Below are positions 49,260 to 59,108 of a stretch of DNA of 64,000 bases, piece by piece; position 1 is the first letter of the stretch, and each line of letters starts with the position of its first letter. The notes beneath the pieces were generated by a model that worked only from the letters and a program-made list of their open reading frames with translations, did not search any database and was not told the DNA's origin. Position numbers and translations under genes: made by a program. The stretch covers positions 100,234 to 164,233 of the forward strand of contig CBDCEW010000097.1 in assembly GCA_965215885.1 (NCBI GenBank). The letters are read 5' to 3'. Source of the stretch: Candidatus Moanibacter sp. (GTDB lineage: Bacteria; Verrucomicrobiota; Verrucomicrobiia; Opitutales; UBA2987).

Positions 49260-50393
49260 CTAGCGGATATAGGCCTTCATGGACTCGCCCGGACGATAAA
49301 TAGGGATCAACGGATCGAGCGACTCGGGTTGCTTTCCTGAGGTTTGAGCCATGAGGAGATTGCCAAGCTGTTTTCCCAACTCCTCCAAAGGCGGAGTGAT
49401 CGTAGCCAGGCTCTCCCCGGTCGGCAGTGGCGGTATCTTGACACCGTCGAGCAGATTCAGAACGATCGACATCTTTGAAAGCCGCTCGCGCAGAGTTGAA
49501 TTCATCAGGTCGACAACCGGTTTGATGGAATTGGTGGCAAGAAGGAGCAGAGCTTTCAAATCCTCTCGCTCCTCAAGGAACTGCTTAAACTCCGCGGTGG
49601 CCTTTTCGACTTGGACCAAGTCCGACTTGAGCACGAAGCAGTCGGACTGCTTCACACTCACATTCAGGGTCGCTGCCACTTTCCGCAAGGCGGCAATCTT
49701 GGATAAAAAATATTCGTCGGAATCGGGATCTCGAATGACCATACCAATACGCGCATGACCTCGCGCATGAAACTGAGAGAGGACAATGGAAGCATACACC
49801 AAATCGTCCTCTCGAAGCAATGGAAGATCGAACTCCGGGAGCTTGCGAATGGTCGTAACCAACGGGATTCCACGACGCTTGAGCTCCTTCAGAATTGGCA
49901 TATCGAATGGAGAAACGTGCAACCAGGCGATCGCATTGGGGCGCGCGGCAAGAATATTCTCCAGGTCTCTCTCCGAACTCTCCTTATCGTAATGATGCGG
50001 CGCGACTGCCTTTCTCCTGTAAACGGTTACTGCCGTATCGCGGTGCTCGGCTGCATGGATCACCCCTGAAATGATCTGACCGGTAAAAATCGGTTCGTTC
50101 GGCTCTACGTAAGAAGGAATCACAATCAGCAACTGCTTGATATCTTTGAAGCGATGATCGTTTGCCTTCCGGGTCACGTAATAGCCACTGCCGGGCTGGG
50201 AAGAAAGGAGCTTCTCTTCGACTAGAAAATTGATCGCCGAACGAACCGTCGGCAGGCTGCGATTCGTCCGTCGGATAAGATCCCTTATCGAATAGAATCG
50301 CTCGCCCGGCTGAAAATCCGTCAGAATTTCACGGCGCAACCTGTCGGCAATCTCGAGGTAGTAGGGGCCTCTCTTTGCTTCTGCTGTCTTCAC
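49260..50393 (-). CDS. GntR-family regulator with a periplasmic-binding-protein-like C-terminal domain
   Basis: N-terminal YLEIADRLRREI...PGERF...TVRSAI...GSGYYV. Confidence 0.85.
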   Translation of the reverse strand: MKTAEAKRGPYYLEIADRLRREILTDFQPGERFYSIRDLIRRTNRSLPTVRSAINFLVEEKLLSSQPGSGYYVTRKANDHRFKDIKQLLIVIPSYVEPNEPIFTGQIISGVIHAAEHRDTAVTVYRRKAVAPHHYDKESSERDLENILAARPNAIAWLHVSPFDMPILKELKRRGIPLVTTIRKLPEFDLPLLREDDLVYASIVLSQFHARGHARIGMVIRDPDSDEYFLSKIAALRKVAATLNVSVKQSDCFVLKSDLVQVEKATAEFKQFLEEREDLKALLLLATNSIKPVVDLMNSTLRERLSKMSIVLNLLDGVKIPPLPTGESLATITPPLEELGKQLGNLLMAQTSGKQPESLDPLIPIYRPGESMKAYIR

Positions 50394-50560
50394 TCTGACT
50401 GATCAGTTTGGTTTCTCTCACACACTGGTCGAGCTTTTTAACAGATTCTTCCTCGAAGAGTCGGGTCTGAAACTCGGAATACCGGCAGGCTGTAGGAGAG
50501 GCTTCTCGACACGGCGTAGCGCGCGAAGACGGTTACGCCTCGATCCGATTCTGGTCTTCC

Positions 50561-53500
50561 CTACCGTGAGCCTCCCTCCATGCGGATACGAGGATCGAGC
50601 CAGAGGAGAAGGAGGTCGCTGACGAGGGTGCCGAGGACCCCGAGGAGGCTGAGGACCATGAGCATGGAGCCGGCCAGGTACATGTCCTCGCTCATGAGGG
50701 CGCTGAGCATGAGCGGTCCCACCGTAGGCAGGCTGAGGACCATGGCGACGATGGCGCCCCCGGAGACGAGTTGAGGAAAGAGCGAACCGATCCCGGATAT
50801 AAACGGATTCAGGGCGAGCCGGACAGGAAATTTGAGGAGTAATTTGAAGGGGCGGACGCCCTTTGCCATGGCGGTGAGGACATAGGGTTTCTTGAGCTCA
50901 TCGAGAAGGTTGCCCCGCATCACCCGAATCATACCCGCGGTAGCGCCGGTTCCCAAAACGACAATCGGAAGCCAGATATGTTTGAGCAGATCGACCACTT
51001 TTCCCCAGGTCCATTCCGGGCGTGCCGCGTAATCGGGGGAAAAGAGTCCGGTCATGTCCATTCCGAAGTAGCGCCCGCTCCAGTAAATGAGGAGGAGGGC
51101 GAGAAGGAAATTGGGGACGCACATCCCGATAAAGCCGATGAGGGTGAACACGTAATCGCCGATCGTGTATTGGCGGACGGCGGAATAGATGCCGATGGGC
51201 AGGGCCGTCGCCCAGGTAAAGAGAATGGTTCCGAGCGATATCAGAAACGTCAGGAGGATGCGATCACCGACGACATCGTTGACCGGTCTCTGGTTCTCCA
51301 TGGAGAAACCCATATGGCCCTGGAGAAGCCCCGAATCCTTTTCGTCAAAGCTGACGAACCAGAAGAGGCCCATCCAGCGCAGGTAGCGCAGGGCCGGCGG
51401 CTCGTCCAGGTGGAAGAGGCCGCGCAACTGTTCCAACTCTTCGATCGCGCTTTCATTGCCTTCCATCTCGAGGATCTTTATGCGCGTTTCGATGAAATTC
51501 CCTGGAGGCAGCTGAATGATCGTAAAGGCCACCGCGGATATGATAACCATGGTGGGAACCATGATCAGGAGCCTTCTTCCTACGTAGGGATGCTTGCATC
51601 CAGCGAGAATGATAAGGCAAGTCCCGATAGCGATAAACGCCAGGCGAATAAGACGGCCGAGGCTGCCTGAACTCTCCGGCCTGAGCGTTTCCGTATCGAC
51701 CGCATTCGGGGCCGGTGTGACTTCAAGCATCTCATTCTTGATTCTGGCGACGGCGCCCGGTGAGTCTTCCGGATCGTCGAAGAAGAAAGTCTCCGAAGCA
51801 GCGTTGCCCGGCGTCCGGTAACTCCCGCCGTTGGTCATCTTTTTCGGCACATTGCGGAATCCCTTTTTTATCACCGCCAACTGGGGCGGCGGTGTCGCGA
51901 TACTGATCGTCCAGAGGTTCTCAGCGGCAATTTCGAGCGCTTGCGAAAACGCTTCCCGCTGCTTTTCGAGAGTGGGCGCGCGAATCGCTGCCTCAAAGGC
52001 CCTTCGGCTTTCGTAGAGGGGATGGCCGTCGGGCGGTCTAATGCCGCCCGCTCGCTCCACGTCCGGACTTCCCCAAAGGCCCCCGTTGGCGAACCACCGG
52101 CCAAACCCGTAGGCGAAATGAAGCAGGGCGTTGAATCCGGGGGCGAAATTGCGCGGTTCCACCAGGGGATGATATTCCCCCTGGCCGCGATAGACGCTGA
52201 AGTCCTGGCTGAGGGCGCCTTTTTCGGCGATCCACAGAGTCCGTGAACGCTCCCGAAGGACCGCGCGTATCCTTACCTCCGCCCAGTCGTCGATGATGAA
52301 CTGATCCGGTCCACGGCCGTTAAAATCAGTCAACTCGATGTACCACACCATGCGCGAACCGTCCGGAAAGGTGCGAAATCCTTCCGGGTCTCGCCGCGTC
52401 AGCCCGATCTCGTCGAGAAGCCGTTTCGCGCGCATGGGATCGTATTCCGTAAAAGCTTTATGCAAGCCTTCATGATGGAAAAAAGACTCCCGTCCCGGCG
52501 ACATCTGGGCGGGTTCGCCCTCGCCGTTGAATACCGCATCGATGATCTGCCGGCGGTTGATAGCGAGGGAGAGCGCCTGCCGGAAGCGGCGATCGTTTAG
52601 CAGTTCCCATTTGAAACCGCTCGCTTGATCTTCCGCATCCACGCGGCGGTTGAGATTGGGAAAGAGAACCCAGACCGACCGCACGGCGGAAAACCAATGG
52701 TAGACTTCATAGTCATGCGCCTCACGCTGGGACATGAGCAGAGTGTAATCCTCATACCGAATGTGCCGGGTCTGCATGGAAAGGGAACCGCTCGCGGCGG
52801 CAATTCCGATCAGTTCCAATTTCTTGATATCGTAGAAGACACGGTCGATGTAGGGGAGTTGATTGCCTTCCGTATCAACCGCGAAGTAGTAGGGATTGCG
52901 CACGAAAGCGAAGGGCGGATTTGGCGTGTAGGTCCGGTATATCCACGGCCAGAGGCGCGGGTGTTCGGGATTGCTCCAGGCTTTCAGGAGGCTGTAGAGG
53001 CCGCGCCGGGTGGGCAAGCGGCGGGAGCGCATAGTCGCCTCGATCAACGCCTCATCGCCAAATTCCGGATGGTACTGTGCAAGGTAATGTTTCGGAGCGT
53101 AATATTCCCCTAGCATCGCCATGTGTTCGAGGAAGAGACCATGGGGCACAGGGAACAAGTAGCGCACCGTGTAATCGTCGACTTTCTCAACCTCCACCGG
53201 CTCGCCGGCGATGTTCATCCAGAGGGGCCGACTCATTTCGAGCGCCTTCACTTCCATCTCCCACCAATAGAGGATGTCCGCTGCCGTGAAGGGATGCCCG
53301 TCGGACCAACGGATTCCTTTGCGTAGATGAAAGGTCCACATACGTCGGTCCTCGGAGACTTCCCAACGTTTCACGACATGCGGAACAAGGGGGTACCCCT
53401 GGGGCGACCAGCGCACCAAATGAGCGTTGAAGACCCTGCGGTTGCTCGGGTCGATGTCACTCGCCGCCGTCGCCGCCCGAAACCAGGTCCCCCCGTACCT

Positions 53501-53863
53501 GCCGGTACCCTCAACTCCCTCGAGAACCACCGGCTCCGGCCCGACCCGCTCCTCGACCGGGGGTAGCCTTCCCTTTGCCACCAGTTCCGCGAGGATGGGC
53601 GACTGGCCACGTGGAAGCCATGGAGCCGATTTCCCGGCAATGTAATCGACATCCTGCCAGATCAATGGTCCACCTTCAGAGTCGAGCGATGTATCGCGAA
53701 GGGCTTTGACTGCGGCGACCGATTCGGGTGAAAATTGATTCGGCTCGGTCTCGAGGTTCGGTTTGAAGATCCATCCCCAGAACGCGAGAAACCCACAGAC
53801 GCCCGCGGCACAAAACACGTAACTCAGCAAGTGCCGGGTGGGAATTGAGCGTCTCTTGGCCAT
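50561..53863 (-). CDS. Fusion of a family-5 substrate-binding protein and a DppB/OppB-type permease
   Basis: SBP motifs GRLPPVEER, LRKGIRWSDGHPFTAAD and GNQLPYID; permease motifs IRVMRGNLLDELKKPY..TA.AKG and LDPRIR. Confidence 0.92.
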   Translation of the reverse strand: MAKRRSIPTRHLLSYVFCAAGVCGFLAFWGWIFKPNLETEPNQFSPESVAAVKALRDTSLDSEGGPLIWQDVDYIAGKSAPWLPRGQSPILAELVAKGRLPPVEERVGPEPVVLEGVEGTGRYGGTWFRAATAASDIDPSNRRVFNAHLVRWSPQGYPLVPHVVKRWEVSEDRRMWTFHLRKGIRWSDGHPFTAADILYWWEMEVKALEMSRPLWMNIAGEPVEVEKVDDYTVRYLFPVPHGLFLEHMAMLGEYYAPKHYLAQYHPEFGDEALIEATMRSRRLPTRRGLYSLLKAWSNPEHPRLWPWIYRTYTPNPPFAFVRNPYYFAVDTEGNQLPYIDRVFYDIKKLELIGIAAASGSLSMQTRHIRYEDYTLLMSQREAHDYEVYHWFSAVRSVWVLFPNLNRRVDAEDQASGFKWELLNDRRFRQALSLAINRRQIIDAVFNGEGEPAQMSPGRESFFHHEGLHKAFTEYDPMRAKRLLDEIGLTRRDPEGFRTFPDGSRMVWYIELTDFNGRGPDQFIIDDWAEVRIRAVLRERSRTLWIAEKGALSQDFSVYRGQGEYHPLVEPRNFAPGFNALLHFAYGFGRWFANGGLWGSPDVERAGGIRPPDGHPLYESRRAFEAAIRAPTLEKQREAFSQALEIAAENLWTISIATPPPQLAVIKKGFRNVPKKMTNGGSYRTPGNAASETFFFDDPEDSPGAVARIKNEMLEVTPAPNAVDTETLRPESSGSLGRLIRLAFIAIGTCLIILAGCKHPYVGRRLLIMVPTMVIISAVAFTIIQLPPGNFIETRIKILEMEGNESAIEELEQLRGLFHLDEPPALRYLRWMGLFWFVSFDEKDSGLLQGHMGFSMENQRPVNDVVGDRILLTFLISLGTILFTWATALPIGIYSAVRQYTIGDYVFTLIGFIGMCVPNFLLALLLIYWSGRYFGMDMTGLFSPDYAARPEWTWGKVVDLLKHIWLPIVVLGTGATAGMIRVMRGNLLDELKKPYVLTAMAKGVRPFKLLLKFPVRLALNPFISGIGSLFPQLVSGGAIVAMVLSLPTVGPLMLSALMSEDMYLAGSMLMVLSLLGVLGTLVSDLLLLWLDPRIRMEGGSR

Positions 53864-53924
53864 GTTCAGGTTACAATAGGGTTCGGGTAAAATAGCCTAC
53901 ACTCGGAGAAAATCGAAACAAGCC

Positions 53925-54190
53925 CCATCGCGGGATAACCACCGTCGCCATAAAGGCTATGGTGGTCAAGAACCCTCCCTGGCCTGAGTCAGTCGAAGGC
54001 CTACAACCCTCCCGGGTGCTCAAGCCTGTATGGAACTCCTGATTCCCGTCAGGCTGTAGGAGAGGCTTCACGCCTCGATCCCTACTTGTACCATCGCGGG
54101 ATAAACCCGCTCCTACAACCCTCCCGGGTGCTCAAGCTTGTATGGAACTCCTGATTTCCGTCACGTTGTAGCCTCCATCCCTACCAACCT
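53925..54190. repeat. REP/BIME-like mosaic
   Basis: Repeats of CCATCGCGGGATAA and CTACAACCCTCCCGGGTGCTCAAGC.TGTATGGAACTCCTGATT. Confidence 0.8.
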
Positions 54191-54264
54191 TGTCTCATCG
54201 CTACATCCCTAACGGGTGCTCGAGCAAGATTACGCCCTTCCTCACGAATACCCCGAAACGCATG

Positions 54265-54297
54265 AAAAAAAAGAAGGGGCGGCCGAAGCCGCCCCTC
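54265..54297 (-). terminator. Rho-independent terminator of the TonB-dependent receptor gene
   Basis: Minus strand reads AGGGGCGGC-TTCG-GCCGCCCCT followed by TCTTTTTTTT. Confidence 0.9.
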
Positions 54298-54320
54298 AAA
54301 TTCTCCTTCGTTTGATCGGC

Positions 54321-56859
54321 TTAGAAGAACGTCTTAACCTTGAAGTAGACCTTCAGCGGGTCGCCCACGGCGAGACCCGTGTGCCACGTCTGGTCGAACA
54401 TGTTCTCAAGATTGAGACTGAATACGGTGCGCTTACCGATCTTGTCCGTTTCGTATTGGATCAACCCATCCCACACGCTATAGCCGGGATTGAAATGAGT
54501 CCGGAAGGGCTTGTTGTTTGAGACCTCCGCCTCGCTCGTGGCGCGAACACCCAGGCCGAACGCGAGGCCCTTCAACTTCCCCTCCGTGAGCTTGTATTTT
54601 CCGAAAACCGCCAGATTGTGCGTAGGCGCATTGTGCAATTGACGGCCGTTCTGAAACTCAACTTCGAACGGAATGCTGAGCGAGGTATCACTTACGATCT
54701 TCGCGTCGTAGAACCAGCCATAGGTGAAGAGCATCTGGAAATTCTGGTTCGGCGTCCAAACCAGATCCGTCTCCACACCTCTGACCCGTTCCAGCCCCGA
54801 AAGCAGATACCAAACGACGTTGTTCTCCGGCGTATCGTCGGTATTGCGCGGATCGGTGTCGTTGCGCCTGCCGTCCTGCTGGCGGATGTTTGCGCGCTCG
54901 AGAGTGAACCAACTGATGGTTCCGTCCAGCTTATGGTCCTTCCAGTTCGTTTTGATTCCGATATCGATGCCGTTTCCCGTTTGATTGGCGAACTTGAACG
55001 GATTATCCGCCGCCGTCACTCCCGGACCGCTAATATTTTCGCGATTCGGCGCCCACCTCTCACTGTAGCTGCCGAAAATATGCCAATCCGGTAGCACCTC
55101 GATGACGGCTCCGTAGCGAGGCGTCGTCCCGGTGTCGCCATCGTCTTCTTCTTCAAAGCGCATTCCAACCATTGTTCGCACGCGATTGTTAAAGAAGGAT
55201 CCCAGGTGCGTGAAGTAATGGCCGGTGAGCCAGGTCGGCGATTGCGGCGTGGTCTCAACCAAAGTGGTGATGGCATCCGAGTAGTTTGGGACTTCGTGAA
55301 TGTAGGGATTCCATCGCTTCCGGTATTCTGACCCCTTTACCGTGATCATGGGAGTTCCAGGGGCGATCGGGCCACCCTTGAAATACGGATCCGCCGGCAC
55401 CTCCAGGTCCGGAAGCAGATCCCAGTCAAACCTGTGCACTCCCCTTCTCCAACGGAAGTTGTGCCGGTTTTCGTGCCCGTAGATTAGGGTGTGATTACCC
55501 GCCTTTTCTGTTTTGAATCTGAACTTGATGTCGACCTGCTGGTTGATACGGCGTTCCCTGTTGCGATGGTTGAAATTATCGCGCATATACAGCGTGTAGT
55601 CGGCAAGTGCATCTGTGAGGAAGTTTAAAACCTCATTTAGCTCCGTCTCGATATCGTAATACTGGTAGCGAACGTCGATCCACTCGGTCGGACCCCAAGT
55701 CACATTGAAGTGATGGCTCTTGCTGATGTAGTCAAAGAAGGCACCCGTTCCGTTGCGGTTGAAAAAGTTGCCACGCGGCGAGATCCTGAAGGGATCATCA
55801 AACCCGGACCTGACGAAGACATATTCGCCTGTGGCCTCTCTATGGTCATCAGCCCATCTTACCACCCCTGCAGAGGGGCCCGCTATCCAGCGGTCACGCA
55901 GGTAGTTTATAGTCGTTTGGTCGTCGGGATCATCCCGCTTATTGCGGAAGTAATCCACGATGTTCTGTGGGATATTCGCGTATTCCTCTTGTAACATTGG
56001 GTTCCCAACGAGGTCGTTGGCCCCGTCGTTGCGCCTCGCTTGCGCATGCTCGTATTCATAGAATACATCGAATCTCGGCTTCGGATTCCAGCGTATCGCG
56101 CCGGTAAAATATTCCTCCTCCATCTTCTCGAAATCGCGCCAGTCCTCGGAGTTGATATAGGTTCCGTTCAGACGCACGCCCAGCGTATTGTTCATCGCCT
56201 TGGCCTGGGCATCGATCGCGACTCTATGATGATTGTAACTGCCGTAGGTGTATGCCACGCTGCCGCCATTCCTGAATTGGGGCTTCTTGGTCACCACATT
56301 AAAAACTCCGCCCGGCGAGGAGTTGCCGTAAAAGACGCCGACCGGCCCCTTGATCACCTCGAGGCGATCGACTGCATTGAGGTTGGTTGCCTCGAAGGTC
56401 CCCAGTTCCAACCCATTGCGCCGCTGGTTCACGCGAAACGCGCGAACGTAGACGTGCCCTCCAGTGAAGCTCGAAACGCGTTCGTCGGCGAGGGCACCCG
56501 AAACGTAACGCGCCACCTCCTGGGGGGTGTCGAAAGCCAGATCCTCGATGAATTCTTCCGGTAAAATACTGATATTCATCGGCAGATCGATCGACTGGGT
56601 GGTCAGGCGGATGGCCGTATGGCTACTCGTGCCACGGTAACCGTATTCCTGCGATTCATCGACCCGGAATTCGGGCAGTTCTTCCGGGTGAATCTCTTCT
56701 TCTGCCAGGTCAGTCTCTTCTTCGCCTTCCGTTGCCTCCTCTTGAGCGGCAAGAGGCGAGAAGGCTAACAGGCCCGCGACGACAAAGGCCCGCGACGACA
56801 ACAAATAGACCGCCATTCCGCAAAGCCAGATACCAAGGGTGTTCAATTTCTCTTTTCAT
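54321..56859 (-). CDS. TonB-dependent receptor; signal-peptide region frameshifted by a 16-bp duplication
   Basis: Plug motif DRLEVIKGPVGVFYG..PGGVFN; C-terminal Phe; ATG at 56859 is out of frame because of the duplication at 56770-56801. Confidence 0.88.
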
Positions 56860-57297
56860 ATCAATCCCCGTTGAAGTTTTAGGAGCAATTCTCCTGGTTT
56901 CAGTTAGAATATACCCACCCTACCATATACAGTTGAGATACGATCAGGGGTGAAGTCTAATGCAATTGCCTGAAATTGTGGGGTGGGGGGGCTCAATGCC
57001 AAGGGGGTTTTAAAAGAGAATCTTTCACGGTCTATGGAACCCTTATTCCCCAGCTCTACAGACCGATTCGCCTGACAGGGCAGGTAGCGGAATGCGGCAG
57101 GAATTCGACCGTAATTACTTGACTACAAATGCCTTATAAAATTCAATGAAGTGTTCATATCAATCTCCATCGAGGTTTTAGGAGCAATCCTCCTGGGTTC
57201 AGTTAGACGATACCCACCCCACCATATACAGTTGAGATACGATCAGGGGTGCAGTTTAATGCAATTGCCCGAAATTGTGGCACTCGCGGGGCTCATT
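56855..57297 (-). repeat. Direct repeat of the ~140-bp receptor upstream region (56855-56996 and 57154-57296)
   Basis: Shared TTCATATCAATC...GTTTTAGGAGCAAT...CCATATACAGTTGAGATACGATCAGGGGTG...GCAATTGCC.GAAATTGTGG. Confidence 0.85.
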
Positions 57298-57315
57298 AAG
57301 TCAACGGTTGCAGGA

Positions 57316-57380
57316 CGAAAAGCTTCCGCTTTCCGCTACACACTTCGATTTGGAATGTAGCGGAAAGCGGAAGCTTTTCG
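57316..57380. repeat. Perfect 25-bp inverted repeat (REP doublet)
   Basis: CGAAAAGCTTCCGCTTTCCGCTACA / TGTAGCGGAAAGCGGAAGCTTTTCG. Confidence 0.85.
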
Positions 57381-57567
57381 ATCCTAGCGAGTTTTCGAGA
57401 ACGAGGACGAGCACGAGAACGAAATCTGCAATTTCCGCTTTCGAAAGGGCTGAGAATTTCGCCCGCAAACCCGCTCTGCCGTACGGCAGAGAAGTTTCAC
57501 ATTATTCCGGCGTTCAGGACAGAGGTAAATTGGCTTTGCGTTTGATTCCGAGCGTGACTGATTCTAT

Positions 57568-57762
57568 TTGATCACACGATGGCGTCAGGGCAAGGCCTAT
57601 GCGACGGATCTTGACACCAAGGCGACGCGTGAGACGGGTTGGTCATGGGGGAGGAGCGCCGCGTTTGATTTTGAAAACGATGGTGACGCGGATCTCTACA
57701 TCGCCAATGGTATGATGAGCGGGGAGTCGGCGCAGGATTACTACACGCAGTTCCGGCGCTGA
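57568..57762 (+). pseudogene. FG-GAP/CRTAC1 fragment
   Basis: GWSWG..AFDFENDGDADLYIANG. Confidence 0.65.
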
Positions 57763-57954
57763 GCGTTGTCGCAAGCTTCGTCAAAATCCTCTTTAGGCAA
57801 CTACGATCAGGACAATGACCTTCGAGTGCACAGCGGGCCGAATCGTAGTCGTTGACAGAAAGCGGGAGCTTTTCGTTGAATCCGTGACAATTTGGCCCAA
57901 AACTACGTAAAATGGGCCGCCGGTAGGGATGGTATCACGTCAGGATCCGTAAAT

Positions 57955-58650
57955 ATGCTTCTTGAACTTCAGGAGGTCTCCAAACGATATGAATCACCCG
58001 ATGGAGTGGAGGCCGTGGAAATCTTCTCGGGCCTCGAATTTGAGGCGGCGGAAGAGGATACGGTGGCGATTGTAGGTCCTTCGGGATCGGGGAAGAGCAC
58101 TTTTCTCAATCTGGTCGGCGGTCTCGACCGGCCTAGCTCGGGGCGAATCCTTTACAACGGCGCGGATATCTTCCGCTTCGATGAGCGGAAGTTAGCCGAA
58201 TACCACCGACAGGAGGTCGGTTTCGTCTTTCAGTTGCACCACCTCTTGCCGCAGTGCACGGTCTTTGAAAACGTCCTCGTTCCGACGCTTACCGATAAAT
58301 CTCGAAATGCGCGATCTGAATATGAATCGCGGGCCAGGGATCTATTGGAAGAGGTCGGGTTGGAGCATCGCATAAATCACCGGCCGGGAGAGCTTTCCGG
58401 CGGGGAACGGCAGCGGGCAGCTGTCGCTCGGGCTCTCATAAATCGACCGAAGTTGCTGCTGGCGGACGAACCGACCGGGTCGCTCGACCACCGATCGTCG
58501 GGCGCTTTGGCTGATCTGCTTGTCGACCTCAATCAACGCGAGCATGTCACTTTGATAATGGTGACGCATGCTCTCGAGGTGGCTCGACGAATGAAGAGGG
58601 TGTATGAGGTGAGTGATGGGAGACTCCTGGCACCAGCTGGCGCAGCGTAG
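57955..58650 (+). CDS. ABC transporter ATP-binding protein (LolD/MacB-type)
   Basis: Motifs GPSGSGKST, LSGGERQR, LLADEPTGSLD and VTH. Confidence 0.95.
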   Translation: MLLELQEVSKRYESPDGVEAVEIFSGLEFEAAEEDTVAIVGPSGSGKSTFLNLVGGLDRPSSGRILYNGADIFRFDERKLAEYHRQEVGFVFQLHHLLPQCTVFENVLVPTLTDKSRNARSEYESRARDLLEEVGLEHRINHRPGELSGGERQRAAVARALINRPKLLLADEPTGSLDHRSSGALADLLVDLNQREHVTLIMVTHALEVARRMKRVYEVSDGRLLAPAGAA

Positions 58651-59108
58651 CCGCAACCAAAAAATAAGAAGAGAACCGTGAATGAACGCAGATGGACGCG
58701 AATTTGAAAGGAAGACTCCTCGGATTCGAGAAAACCGCGGATTTGATAAAGAGGGATTCCCAACGGTTCGACAGTCTGAACCTGAACTCGTAAACAGTGA
58801 GGACATTCTTGATCGAGTCGAGAAGGAAACTCGGAATACCCTGGTAACTTTGTCCCGATCCCGCTCAGCGGGACCCGAACCTTGTCGACCCCACAGCTTT
58901 GAATATCAGCATGTTACACTCCAAACCGGGTTCAAGAAACTGAGTTTTGCAGATACATGCCTTTGGCTAAATATTGCCAATGGTTCGGATGGTCTTTCTT
59001 ATCCGTGTCAATCCGTGAAATCCGCGGTCTCTCTTCTATTGAGTTTAACATCAATATCTTATGAGTATTCGTAAAGAAAAGATTGCTCAGAAAACAGGAA
59101 TCTAAGGG

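Noticed and set aside
53925..54230. Repeats resembling a CRISPR array
   Set aside because: Irregular spacing, mixed orientation, GTAG-type REP motifs found elsewhere, and no cas genes.
58651..59108. ORF 58682-59074 between the ABC genes
   Set aside because: It is built from short intergenic repeats (AATGAACGCAGAT; ATCCGTGTCAATCCGTG) and has no protein motif.
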